This document shows, piece after piece, positions 1-8,779 of a stretch of 64,000 nucleotides of DNA; position 1 is the stretch's first letter; every line of letters begins with the position of its first letter. This stretch comes from a virus. Taxonomy: Duplodnaviria > Caudoviricetes. The notes below the pieces were generated by a model that ran no database searches, was not told where the DNA came from, and was given only the letters and a program-made list of their open reading frames with translations. The translations under genes and the position numbers were made by a program. The DNA lies in the IMG/VR virus record IMGVR_UViG_3300021255_002539, positions 1 through 64,000 of that record; one strand, given 5' to 3'.

Positions 1-427
1 TCCCAGTATGAACATCGTCCAAATACCTGTCGTATCTGAGTTCCCAACTCTCCAATGGCTCGTCCTTGTGCCTCCTGTAGAACTCCATCATCCAATCCTT
101 GGTGAGGTATATCCTGTCGAATTCCCTCCAATCAGCGCCGAAATACTGCGTAGGGGTGAAGTAGAATCCCTTTTTCTCGATGTAGTCCAGTTTGTCCTCA
201 AGTTCCCGACAATCCTTCCAAAACTCCATTGTCTTTACGATTTCGGGTCCTTGTGTGTATCCGGGTTGTCCCCATCCACCAATGTCTCCATATTGTCCAC
301 CGTGCAGAACATAGTATCGGTCAACCCGAATGTCATCGAACACTTCGCCAGCAATCCCAGCAAATGGGACGATTGCCGTGGTGGCGACTGCGCCAAATAT
401 GAATTCCCGTCTTGTCATGCCGTCCAT
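1..427 (-). CDS. Hypothetical protein with twin-arginine-like N-terminus (3' end runs off window)
   Basis: Manually translated open frame MDGMTRREFIFGAVATTAIVPFAGIA...RIYLTKDWMMEFYRR; AGGAG SD and a sigma70-type promoter upstream; absent from ORF track because no stop within window. Confidence 0.75.
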   Translation of the reverse strand, partial: MDGMTRREFIFGAVATTAIVPFAGIAGEVFDDIRVDRYYVLHGGQYGDIGGWGQPGYTQGPEIVKTMEFWKDCRELEDKLDYIEKKGFYFTPTQYFGADWREFDRIYLTKDWMMEFYRRHKDEPLESWELRYDRYLDDVHTG

Positions 428-453
428 TTGTAGTTCTCCTGTTCTTGTATCCA

Positions 454-483
454 ATTATACTACTTGATATCAGAAATTGTAAA
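454..483 (-). promoter_or_regulatory. sigma70-type early promoter (TTTACA-18-TATAAT)
   Basis: attata 454-459 and tgtaaa 478-483 on + strand; same spacing as other copies. Confidence 0.6.
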
Positions 484-485
484 TA
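478..485 (+). promoter_or_regulatory. Late-type promoter motif TGTAAATA
   Basis: Matches GTAAATA motif found before structural genes; 33 nt upstream of ATG 518. Confidence 0.55.
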
Positions 486-517
486 GACATATACAACGCA
501 AATTGGGGAACCAAAAC

Positions 518-1906
518 ATGAAGAAACTGGGAATAACGAAGGAGCAATTCGAGGAATCTGCCGAACTGAAGAAACAATATGGCAATCTGGCGTATGTAAA
601 CGAATCGGGAAGCCTCTACAAGACAGACAAGGGGAAGATTCTGAAGTTCGTCAAGGAAGCCAGGGAATATGTGAACGACGACAGCATCGAGTCTGACACC
701 GCAGACGAATTCATCATATTCGACGATCCAGACATCTTCAAGAAGATTGCCAATGTGCAGAAGAAGGAAGGCGAGAAGATTCAGGATGAGGTCAAGGACG
801 GAGATGTAAAGCCAAAGGAAGTCGCCAAGGCAGCATCCGCGGCCGCAGCAACTGCCGGAGCCATAGGCCAAATCGGGTCGGCTGCCATAAACACGGCCGG
901 CAACATAGCCACATCGAAGACAGGGCTGGGAATCGCAGCGGCGATTGGATACAAGAAGGTTCTGGACAAGGCTGGCGAGATTGGGGCCAAGATAGGCGAC
1001 CAGGTTGGACAAAACATCTCTGATTTGCTGTATGGAGACGAGATGGCAGAGCTCGACAAGAAGGGTGAGGAGATAAGGCAGCAGTCGAACGCAATAGACG
1101 ACGACTACAACGCCTACGCCAAGAAGACCAATCTGGCGTTGAAGGGGCAACCAGGGTCTGGAAAGGACATCTTCAAGGACAAGCGGGCGTGGAACTACGC
1201 AACTGCACTTCAGAGCGGCAGAAAGGTAGACGATGGAAGGGGCAACGCGATATCCCCAGAGAAGATGAAGGGGTGGCTCAAGGACAACGGCTACCAGATC
1301 AGGGACGATGGAATTGTGCAGAAGATAGACGCCAAGGGAGCAACGACTGCGGCTGCCGGGGCAGCTGGCGCCGCAGCAACCGCCGGCTCAACCACAGGGG
1401 CAAGTGGTGCTGCAGCAGGTGGGTGGTCCTTGTTCGGAATGTCGGCAGCCACAGTTGGATGGATTCTGGCTGGGGTTGCGGCCGCAGCAATCATCACCCC
1501 ATACATCTACGACAAGGTGAGGGCATGTACGAAGACCTGGATGGCTGACATCATCGCAGAGGTGAAGTTCAAGGCAGATGGCAAGAACTACCGTTGCTTC
1601 TACGACCTCAAGAAGAACAAGTGGGTTTTGACCTACGCTGATGTGAAGTGGTCGTCGTACCTGGACAACAAGCTGGACAAGGAAACAATAGACGAGTTCT
1701 TCGCGTCCAAGTTCTTCAAGCAGTTCTTGGACAAGTGCAAAAAGACATTCGCATTCCTGTTCTCCACTGGCAGAAACGAAGTCGTGTTCAAGGCCCTGCC
1801 CGAAATCAAGGACGCACCAAAGGAACTGAAGTCCATCTTGGAGAAGATCTACGACAACAAGGGCGCAATCTCCAAGAACATGTTCTCTGGCAACTACGAG
1901 GATTGA
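518..1906 (+). CDS. Ala/Gly-rich putative virion internal (ejection-type) protein with one TM helix
   Basis: 462-aa frame from MKKLGITK; repeated xxES motifs near N-terminus, AG-rich runs, hydrophobic WILAGVAAAAIITPYIY; late motif upstream. Confidence 0.55.
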   Translation: MKKLGITKEQFEESAELKKQYGNLAYVNESGSLYKTDKGKILKFVKEAREYVNDDSIESDTADEFIIFDDPDIFKKIANVQKKEGEKIQDEVKDGDVKPKEVAKAASAAAATAGAIGQIGSAAINTAGNIATSKTGLGIAAAIGYKKVLDKAGEIGAKIGDQVGQNISDLLYGDEMAELDKKGEEIRQQSNAIDDDYNAYAKKTNLALKGQPGSGKDIFKDKRAWNYATALQSGRKVDDGRGNAISPEKMKGWLKDNGYQIRDDGIVQKIDAKGATTAAAGAAGAAATAGSTTGASGAAAGGWSLFGMSAATVGWILAGVAAAAIITPYIYDKVRACTKTWMADIIAEVKFKADGKNYRCFYDLKKNKWVLTYADVKWSSYLDNKLDKETIDEFFASKFFKQFLDKCKKTFAFLFSTGRNEVVFKALPEIKDAPKELKSILEKIYDNKGAISKNMFSGNYED

Positions 1907-2184
1907 AGATTGGTGTAGAGGCGGTGGAACTCAAGCAACCACTCCTTTGTCAGGTATATCCTGCCAACTCGCCTCCATCTCAATCCATCGTTCCTCAATT
2001 CCTCCAGATACTGACCACTTGATCCCAACCAAGATGTGCGTTCGTCCAACACGCCATCCTGATCGTACTTGTCCAGCATGTCAATTAGCTCATCCTTGAC
2101 TGTGGAAGCTGCCAATGGCAATGGAATATGATTGGGGCTGTTGCTCTTCAGGACATAGAAACTGTCGTATCTCAGAAAACTCAT
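1894..2184 (-). CDS. Hypothetical protein, paralog of the gene at 1-427; ends at TAG
   Basis: MSFLRYDSFYVL...RIYLTKEWLLEFHR shares the motif of the 1-427 product; GGAGG SD upstream. Confidence 0.65.
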   Translation of the reverse strand: MSFLRYDSFYVLKSNSPNHIPLPLAASTVKDELIDMLDKYDQDGVLDERTSWLGSSGQYLEELRNDGLRWRRVGRIYLTKEWLLEFHRLYTNLQSS

Positions 2185-2189
2185 GTCAA

Positions 2190-3029
2190 TCAACCCTCCA
2201 ACCAATCGTTCTCGATTGCGTAGAACCCGAATAGGGAGATAAGCGAGAACACAGACCACAGAATCCAGAATATCAGAACAGCATGGCTGGTCGTCAAGTA
2301 CTTCCTGTATTCCTCCACTGGCATTGACACAAGCAATATGCCTTGACCAACCAGGTCGTTGGACTTCGCCTCCCCGAACAATGTGGCGTTGAAGGTCTTG
2401 GGAACCACGGTGACGACATCCCTCTTGTGATAGCCAGTTGAGTGCTTGCTTGTCTCCTTTGGCATTCCACCATAGTCGAACTTGCCATAGTCGAACTGAA
2501 CGCCACAATATGTCACGGTGGGGGAATGTTCACTTGACCGCCCGACCGTGTCCCAACTCCAATATGTCTCTGTGCGATACCTTCTGTGGGAGCGACCCTT
2601 GCTGTCGGTCACGGTATATGCCACTCGCCTGGTGTGCATTTGGTACTTCTGATGGGCAACCCCCACATACAACCACTCGCCATCCAGATGTTCGTTCTTC
2701 ACTGGCTTGTCTGCAACCAATGTGCCATGTGCGAACACATTCCCAACATCAGTGGAGATGGCATGCTTGAACTCGTCGTCAGAATTCAGAGCCACCGCTT
2801 GGTTGTATTTGAGTTTGGAGTCGTTGACATTCTGCTCTATGGAGCCAGACGCAAAGAAGCCAATGGTGAACAGACCACCGAGTATGAGAATGGAGAAGAT
2901 GAGTTCCCTGAGAGTCAAATCCCAACCATTGCCATCAATCAGAACGATTGGGGATTTGGCATCTTTGGGCAGAGGTCTATATCCCCAACCCTTCCTCTCC
3001 CATTTCTTGTCCCATATTCGGCGCCTCAT
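2190..3029 (-). CDS. Membrane protein (two TM segments flanking a soluble domain), LemA partner
   Basis: 279 aa with N- and C-terminal hydrophobic helices; GGAGG SD; directly downstream of LemA. Confidence 0.7.
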   Translation of the reverse strand: MRRRIWDKKWERKGWGYRPLPKDAKSPIVLIDGNGWDLTLRELIFSILILGGLFTIGFFASGSIEQNVNDSKLKYNQAVALNSDDEFKHAISTDVGNVFAHGTLVADKPVKNEHLDGEWLYVGVAHQKYQMHTRRVAYTVTDSKGRSHRRYRTETYWSWDTVGRSSEHSPTVTYCGVQFDYGKFDYGGMPKETSKHSTGYHKRDVVTVVPKTFNATLFGEAKSNDLVGQGILLVSMPVEEYRKYLTTSHAVLIFWILWSVFSLISLFGFYAIENDWLEG

Positions 3030-3056
3030 TACATTGGCCTCCCAATTATGCGTGGA

Positions 3057-3599
3057 TCAAAACAGATCGAGGGGCTTCGTGTCCTTGACATGCTCCTCAG
3101 CCTCGTAGTACTTGAAGTCCTTGGGTAAGTAGCCGGTGATTGAGAGGAACATCGAGGTCGGGAACTTCCTGCAGTGGTAGGAGTAGTTGCGCACAGTCTC
3201 GTTGTACGCCACCTTGTACTGAGCCAGATGGTTCTCAGTTATTGCGATCTCGGTCATGAGCTGTTTGTAGTTCTCCTGGGACTTGAGGTCAGGATACCGC
3301 TCCTCGACCCTGGAGAACGCGGCGATGCACTGCTTCGCCTCTGTCCCGCTCATGTTCTTGCCCCTTGCCTCAATCACCTTGACGAGGGTCTGATACTCAT
3401 GCTCGTCGTACTTCTTGACGCAAGCCGCCAATTCATGGAGCTTGTTGAACCGATTGGAGAGCTGAACGTCAATGCCAGACTTGGCCGTATTGACCTGCTC
3501 CTCCAGGTTGATTGCCCCATTTCGAGACGACATGACCATGCACAGAGCGATAAGCCCCACTCCAACGATGGCCGCGAATGTGATTAATGTTGCTTTCAT
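3057..3599 (-). CDS. lemA: LemA family protein
   Basis: N-terminal TM; motifs EEQV...IDVQL..R, YDEHE, ERYPDLKSQENYKQLM.EI..TEN.LA, YN..VR.Y...FP. Confidence 0.9.
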   Translation of the reverse strand: MKATLITFAAIVGVGLIALCMVMSSRNGAINLEEQVNTAKSGIDVQLSNRFNKLHELAACVKKYDEHEYQTLVKVIEARGKNMSGTEAKQCIAAFSRVEERYPDLKSQENYKQLMTEIAITENHLAQYKVAYNETVRNYSYHCRKFPTSMFLSITGYLPKDFKYYEAEEHVKDTKPLDLF

Positions 3600-3637
3600 G
3601 TGTATTGTTCCTTTGTTGTTATCTTTGTTGTTATATG

Positions 3638-4066
3638 TCAAATCATGTTGCCGAACATCTGCACCATCAATTCCATGTGGCAGACAACCGTGAACAAGTC
3701 TGCCTTCAGGTCTGTGATGCCCTTCTTCTCAATCAAGTCAGAGATGTCTCCCCGCATGTGGTTGTAGAAGTCCAGAACCATCTTTGACTCCTCCCTCGTG
3801 ATTTCCAGTGTCTTGAACCTGGAGAGGAACAATGTCCAGAACAACCTCTGCTTCGAAAGGGGCGTGTCGTTCAATGCATCTGGATATTCGTGGAACGCGG
3901 CATATATCCGATTGATGGTTTCGTGTATCCTGTCCACATCCCATACACTCGGTTCCTCAATCCCAAGCATGTTGGTGGATGCCCAGAGAAGAACAATCCA
4001 TTCCTGCATTCGCTTGAATTGGAAGTACATTATTGGGTGGAGCGCGATAGCCAACAGACGTTTCAT
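3638..4066 (-). CDS. Hypothetical protein
   Basis: ORF with GGGGAG SD, co-oriented in cluster. Confidence 0.6.
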   Translation of the reverse strand: MKRLLAIALHPIMYFQFKRMQEWIVLLWASTNMLGIEEPSVWDVDRIHETINRIYAAFHEYPDALNDTPLSKQRLFWTLFLSRFKTLEITREESKMVLDFYNHMRGDISDLIEKKGITDLKADLFTVVCHMELMVQMFGNMI

Positions 4067-4067
4067 T

Positions 4068-4256
4068 TCAATTCTCCCCCTTCTTGTATTCCCTGATGAT
4101 GTTGCCAATTTCGAACAGACGCTCAAGACTTTCCTTCCCACCTGGGTAGATTATGTTCGTTGACCGCCCATCCATTTGGAAATACGAACCATCAGAAATG
4201 GTTACATCCCTTGACAGAACCTTCGCTATCTTGTCTATGCACTCTTCTGCTGTCAT
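4068..4256 (-). CDS. Small hypothetical protein
   Basis: 62-aa ORF abutting next gene. Confidence 0.5.
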   Translation of the reverse strand: MTAEECIDKIAKVLSRDVTISDGSYFQMDGRSTNIIYPGGKESLERLFEIGNIIREYKKGEN

Positions 4257-4440
4257 GTTCGATTCTCTTTCTTTGTTGTCACAAATACACTTGTCTCCTC
4301 ATTTCAACCTTCTGTCAGGGCGTCGAGAACACCAGCTTCTCGCAGACATAGATGTTGGAGCCGTAGATGTCTCGCATCCTCTCCAGAAGTGCGATACACT
4401 CGTCGATTGTCATTCTCGTAGGCATTGTAGTTTTCCTCCT

Positions 4441-5715
4441 TTACTTTGCGTTGTTCTCCAGAATCTTGAAGCAGGGGCAGTTGTTCGCCGTGTCCATCTT
4501 CCTGAATGGGGCGCAATCCTCAAGCCAAAACTTGTGAAAGTCGAAGTCGGGCGCCAGGAAGTTGAACCTCTTGAAGCCAGGCATATGTTCACAGAAGGAA
4601 CAGAGGCAAGCCTCGCCAAATGTGTTGATATACAGCGAGATACGTCCACCTTCGCAGGGCTCCATGTACTTCACCAGGTCGTTCCGACCCCTGGCCTTGT
4701 AGTATTCTGAGACCAATCCACACGAGCAGGAGTCGAAGCCAAAACCAATCCCAATCTTCTCGCACTTGGTGATAACCTTGTCAAGGGTCTCTATGGACAA
4801 TGTGCAGGGGAGCTTGCTTGCCCTACCAACGGGCTTGCACCGAAGGAACACGATGTTGCGCAGACCCGGAACCTTGCCAGACTCAATGTCCCCAAGCACC
4901 TCCTCCACGAAGGGCAGGTTGGAGTCCGAGAGGATGATGTGCATGTTGCAGAAGTCCTTGGACCGCTCGTTGAACCTCTTGATGGTATTGTAGCAGAGGT
5001 TCTTGTCCGTCTCGTAGACAGAGACAGCGATTCGACCACAATACTTGAGCGTAGCCTCAAAGATTTCGTCGTTGAGGTCGGCCCCAGAAAGGGTGTAGTT
5101 GGGGACGATGCCCATGTCCTCACGAAGCCAACGAAGCATCTCCACGAAGTCGGGGTTGGTCTGGACGCCTGTGATTCCAAGCGCAATCTGAGAGAGGTTT
5201 CTGGGGAACTTGCCAACCACCTTCTTGAAGGTCTCAAGGCTCATGTTGGTTGCGGGCTTGTCCGTGTTGTTCTTGTAGCAGAACTTGCAGGACGCACCAC
5301 CCACCTTGGGGCAGCCATTTATGCTCACCTCAAGATCAAGTATCTCATTTCCGAGTGGACACCAACTGGGGTCGTCCTCTACTGTCCTTCCCATCCTGGC
5401 GTTGAACCCTGTGGTCTTGTTGAAGATTTGGGTATACGAGCCATCACGGTTGATGACGAACTTGTGGGTTGTCGTATCGACAACCAGCCAATTCTGCGTC
5501 ACGCCATCGACCTCAATGGCATATTCGTACTTCTTCGCGCCATCCTTGAAGGCTGTCTTGTTGAGTCCCATGAACGCCTTGGGGTCGGGGGCACATCCCC
5601 CCTTGATGCACTGGGAGACATAGATGCCAAGCGCGACCTCGGCAATCTCCTTTGGCTCGGAGACAAGACGAAGGTTCACTGTCTTGACCATTGGTTTCTG
5701 AGCTTCTGTATCCAT
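4441..5715 (-). CDS. Radical SAM protein (CX7CX2C variant, Cys-rich C-terminus)
   Basis: LEVSINGCPKVGGASCKFCYK, NMSLETFKK, PNYT, AVS, FLRCKPVGRA, GFDSC, EPCEG..SLYIN..G...CSFCE. Confidence 0.85.
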   Translation of the reverse strand: MDTEAQKPMVKTVNLRLVSEPKEIAEVALGIYVSQCIKGGCAPDPKAFMGLNKTAFKDGAKKYEYAIEVDGVTQNWLVVDTTTHKFVINRDGSYTQIFNKTTGFNARMGRTVEDDPSWCPLGNEILDLEVSINGCPKVGGASCKFCYKNNTDKPATNMSLETFKKVVGKFPRNLSQIALGITGVQTNPDFVEMLRWLREDMGIVPNYTLSGADLNDEIFEATLKYCGRIAVSVYETDKNLCYNTIKRFNERSKDFCNMHIILSDSNLPFVEEVLGDIESGKVPGLRNIVFLRCKPVGRASKLPCTLSIETLDKVITKCEKIGIGFGFDSCSCGLVSEYYKARGRNDLVKYMEPCEGGRISLYINTFGEACLCSFCEHMPGFKRFNFLAPDFDFHKFWLEDCAPFRKMDTANNCPCFKILENNAK

Positions 5716-5716
5716 T

Positions 5717-6043
5717 TCAATTTCCCTTCTTTTCTGCTTCCACGAGCTCCATCCACGCGTTGGCAGTGGCGTAGCAGTGTTCAAGCTTCTTCACAGTGTC
5801 CACGAAGTCCTTCATCGCGTTCTTGAACACCTTGTCGCCACTACCATATCCAGATCTGAGGACGCCGAGGATGTTCGCAGTGTGCTGGTCAAGTTCCTTC
5901 TCGTATTCCTTGTACGCCTTCTGGATGACCTTGGTCGTGGACTTCCGCGCCTTGGGATTTGCGTCCCAGACCTTGCGGGCAATAACCCGAGACCGCTTCA
6001 TGTACTTCGGCTCAACCTTGGTTGTGTTGTTCGTGCCCTTCAT
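5717..6043 (-). CDS. Hypothetical basic protein
   Basis: AAAGGAG SD; first gene after promoter 6071-6100. Confidence 0.65.
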   Translation of the reverse strand: MKGTNNTTKVEPKYMKRSRVIARKVWDANPKARKSTTKVIQKAYKEYEKELDQHTANILGVLRSGYGSGDKVFKNAMKDFVDTVKKLEHCYATANAWMELVEAEKKGN

Positions 6044-6070
6044 TTCAGTTCTCCTTTGGATTTCGCCTAT

Positions 6071-6100
6071 ATTATAGCATATTTGACTGCTGTTTGTCAA
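6071..6100 (-). promoter_or_regulatory. sigma70-type early promoter TTGACA-18-TGCTATAAT
   Basis: Consensus -35 and extended -10; near-identical core ATGCTATAATATAGGC recurs at 13047, 16707, 25607. Confidence 0.85.
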
Positions 6101-6115
6101 TGGGGTTGCGAAGCA

Positions 6116-6178
6116 AAACCATTGTTGTTATCAATGGGGTTCTGCTACGCAGAAACCATTGTTGTTATCAATGGGGTT
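6116..6178. repeat. Two 26-bp direct repeats (AAACCATTGTTGTTATCAATGGGGTT), each an imperfect palindrome
   Basis: Copies at 6116-6141 and 6153-6178, plus a half copy CAATGGGGTT overlapping the -35 box. Confidence 0.9.
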
Positions 6179-6515
6179 TGCTTGTCTTTTCTGCTATCTT
6201 GACAACCTCCTGTATCACAGATGCGTCTATGTTGGTTTTTCGCCTTTCGGACAGCCCAAGCCACATTTCTATGGTATAGTCGTAGTCGTAGATGAGGGAC
6301 TCAACAAACCTGACATAGTATCCAGCAATGGACAAGTCGAACAAGATCGAAGCAAAGTCCTCCGGGGAATATCTATAGCTAGGATAATACCCACAAAGCG
6401 AGTCATCTTCTCCATATTCTCCACGCGCCCAGATGGAGAATTGCAGATTCGTCAATGGGGGTTGATTGTACATCTTCTCCCGAAGATTGTTTACGATTGT
6501 CCTTGCTTGCTTCAT
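6168..6515 (-). CDS. Paralog family A member
   Basis: DFASILFDLSIAG and TNIDASVIQEVVK motifs. Confidence 0.7.
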   Translation of the reverse strand: MKQARTIVNNLREKMYNQPPLTNLQFSIWARGEYGEDDSLCGYYPSYRYSPEDFASILFDLSIAGYYVRFVESLIYDYDYTIEMWLGLSERRKTNIDASVIQEVVKIAEKTSKPH

Positions 6516-6535
6516 TCTGTCTCCCAACACCACAT

Positions 6536-6565
6536 ATTATATCATATTATGGGTAGTTCTGTCAA
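6536..6565 (-). promoter_or_regulatory. sigma70-type early promoter
   Basis: TTGACA-18-TATAAT. Confidence 0.75.
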
Positions 6566-6936
6566 TGTGGGTTGTTGAAGCATCTTGCGAAACTGTCGAG
6601 AACATCCTCGTCTATGTTGGTGTGCCCCTCTCCACCCTGGACAAGCACTATGGTGATGTCTATGATGTTTATGCTGGACATTGGACTCCATTTCTCGTCA
6701 ATTGCGGCAATGCACTTGGACTTGAGGGACTCGTCAAACAGAATCCCGAGAAGGGTGTCCCCGTCCATGATGTTATAGGCAATGTCAGCCTCGTCAACCA
6801 TCATCGACCCGGAATTGAGCCTGCTCCCAATCTCACGTTCAATTATGTTGAACCTAACTGGAATATCATATTCCCGAACCCTTTCGGGAAGGGACTTGAG
6901 ATACCAATACCAACCTTTGCTTCCATCCAATATCAT
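6562..6936 (-). CDS. Paralog family A member
   Basis: DTLLGILFDESL and TNIDEDVLDSFAR motifs; ATGA overlap with upstream gene. Confidence 0.7.
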   Translation of the reverse strand: MILDGSKGWYWYLKSLPERVREYDIPVRFNIIEREIGSRLNSGSMMVDEADIAYNIMDGDTLLGILFDESLKSKCIAAIDEKWSPMSSINIIDITIVLVQGGEGHTNIDEDVLDSFARCFNNPH

Positions 6937-7232
6937 AACATCCTCGTCATGTGTATAGTGACAACCCTGAAGATGCTTTCACTTCCGATGCTGGAGTTCT
7001 GTGCCTCTTCGGTGATTCCCTCAGAAATCTCCCAACCCGAAATGTCCAGGTCGAACATCTTGACGCACAAATCTTCGTACTTCCACGCAATCTCAGTTTC
7101 GCACACCACGAATGTTGAGCCATCATATCTTGCGGGAACCTTGACAATCTTGTACAGGGTTGGGATCTCAGAATCCCAATACCTCTCCTTGATCATGTCA
7201 AGAAACTCTGCCATTGATGGTGGGAAATTCAT
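6933..7232 (-). CDS. Paralog family A member (short form)
   Basis: YEDLCVKMFDLDISGWEI. Confidence 0.7.
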   Translation of the reverse strand: MNFPPSMAEFLDMIKERYWDSEIPTLYKIVKVPARYDGSTFVVCETEIAWKYEDLCVKMFDLDISGWEISEGITEEAQNSSIGSESIFRVVTIHMTRML

Positions 7233-7254
7233 CGCCTGGGTCTCCTTCGTCTCG

Positions 7255-7554
7255 TTATGGTTTTCTGAACAGGGTTATCGTAACCAGAATGAATGCCTTC
7301 GTCTCGTTTAGCGCGACATCAAGGCACTCCATTGAATCTTCAATGTTCGTGACTTCCCAACCAGACACATCAAGGTCAAACAACCTCACGCAGAGGTCTT
7401 CGTATTCCGTCACAAGTTCCTGTTTATCGAAAAGGAAGTTGAATCCCTTGTCTCCAGACTGAAGCACCAACCTGTACATGCTGATTGGCTTGTCAGGGTC
7501 GTCCTCGTACTTCGCCTTGATTCCATCAAGCAGCTCTGGAACAATGTACTTCAT
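7255..7554 (-). CDS. Paralog family A member (short form)
   Basis: YEDLCVRLFDLDVSGWEV; start at MKYIVPE. Confidence 0.7.
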   Translation of the reverse strand: MKYIVPELLDGIKAKYEDDPDKPISMYRLVLQSGDKGFNFLFDKQELVTEYEDLCVRLFDLDVSGWEVTNIEDSMECLDVALNETKAFILVTITLFRKP

Positions 7555-7555
7555 C

Positions 7556-7873
7556 TTACCTCTTCGGCCTCCTTTCCTTCGCCATCTTGGAACTGCCCTT
7601 GAAGTCTGGATGCTTCTTCTTCCACTCCACATACTTGTGGAACTTGGGGTCAGCAAGCAGAAGCTCCTTCGTGTTCAACCTGTCCTTCAGCTCCTGGTTG
7701 GAGTACAAGGCGTGGATTTGCGAATGGCACTCCTCGCATATCCACAGGAAATTGCCCTCGTCGGTCTTGAGGTACTTGTTCTTGTGCCTGGAAACCTGCT
7801 GCGGCACAAGGTGGTGCAGAGTTTGATTACACTCGCAACCACATATCTCGCATATGCCAGTTCTATCGCCCAT
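7556..7873 (-). CDS. HNH endonuclease
   Basis: CEICG...TLHHLVP...NFLWICEECHSQIH. Confidence 0.85.
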   Translation of the reverse strand: MGDRTGICEICGCECNQTLHHLVPQQVSRHKNKYLKTDEGNFLWICEECHSQIHALYSNQELKDRLNTKELLLADPKFHKYVEWKKKHPDFKGSSKMAKERRPKR

Positions 7874-7874
7874 G

Positions 7875-8063
7875 TCACTCCTCCAACTTCATCACCGACT
7901 GGGACATCACGCCCCAATTGTGTCCGGTCACTTTCATGATGCGTCCCTTGATTTCCTTGATGGTGCCTTTCGCCAACATCACCTTGCTTCCATAGCCCGC
8001 GACCTTCTTGATGTAGACCACCTTGTCGCCGACCTTGACTTCCTTGTTGAATGCGTCAGTCAT
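7875..8063 (-). CDS. Small KOW/SH3-like phage protein
   Basis: D.FNKEVKVGDKVVY...GTIKEI pattern. Confidence 0.55.
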   Translation of the reverse strand: MTDAFNKEVKVGDKVVYIKKVAGYGSKVMLAKGTIKEIKGRIMKVTGHNWGVMSQSVMKLEE

Positions 8064-8386
8064 TTACCTTGTCCTCCAATTTCCACTGCACATATGTTCA
8101 ATTTCGCCAGTTCCTCCATGAACTCCACATCTATGTTGGTCTGACCGTCAATTGAGGGCTGAAGGTAGATCGTCAAGTAGGGTGGTTCCCCAAAGGGGTA
8201 ATATGCCACCATGTCACAAACAACATATGCCAGGGACATTTCGTGCATCTTCGCCATGAGGGAGTCGACATTGGTTGTTCTGAAGCCAATCTTGGCGTCC
8301 CAACACAACTCCACCCGGTGGAAGTCTTTGAAGGATATGTACTTGCCCAGCAACTCGATGATTTCCTCAGATGTCTTCATCGACAA
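8060..8386 (-). CDS. Paralog family A member
   Basis: DSLMAKMHEMSL and TNIDVEFMEELAK. Confidence 0.7.
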   Translation of the reverse strand: MSMKTSEEIIELLGKYISFKDFHRVELCWDAKIGFRTTNVDSLMAKMHEMSLAYVVCDMVAYYPFGEPPYLTIYLQPSIDGQTNIDVEFMEELAKLNICAVEIGGQGK

Positions 8387-8738
8387 ACCTCACTTTCCAA
8401 AGCAGTTCCAACATCTCCGAATCCAGGTTCGTGTATTCCATGAACTGCTCGTCAGAACCAAGCAAGTATATATGCACCTCCGCCCCCGGAGTGGAATGGG
8501 CTTTGCCGAACCAACCACGCATGTTCAATATCCTATGGGTCAAGGACTTGTCCATCAGAAACGCAAGCAAGTCGCCCTTCGCAGAACCCCCTCGGAATAC
8601 CTTTCTCAAGGCAGAATACCTCTCAAGGGGGTTCGTCTGAGAATAGACATCCACCTCGAAGACTGGAATCACCTTGCTTGACGACACCAGGTCGTTCAAG
8701 CTGGCGATTATCTTCTTTCTAGTTGGCAGTTTCTTCAT
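8367..8738 (-). CDS. Paralog family A member
   Basis: DLLAFLMDKSL and TNLDSEMLELLWK. Confidence 0.7.
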   Translation of the reverse strand: MKKLPTRKKIIASLNDLVSSSKVIPVFEVDVYSQTNPLERYSALRKVFRGGSAKGDLLAFLMDKSLTHRILNMRGWFGKAHSTPGAEVHIYLLGSDEQFMEYTNLDSEMLELLWKVRFVDEDI

Positions 8739-8749
8739 GAGACAACTAT

Positions 8750-8779
8750 ATTATAGCACAGAATCGTTTTGGTTGTCAA
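8750..8779 (-). promoter_or_regulatory. sigma70-type early promoter
   Basis: TTGACA-18-TGCTATAAT. Confidence 0.8.

Noticed and set aside
1633-1893. TAG read-through extension of the 1894-2184 gene
   Set aside because: It would overlap the convergent 518-1906 gene by about 270 nt; TAG is more plausibly a stop here
6116-6178. Mini CRISPR array
   Set aside because: Only two repeats with an 11-nt spacer; no array found anywhere in the window, so the TnpB and Cas4-like genes are not called Cas
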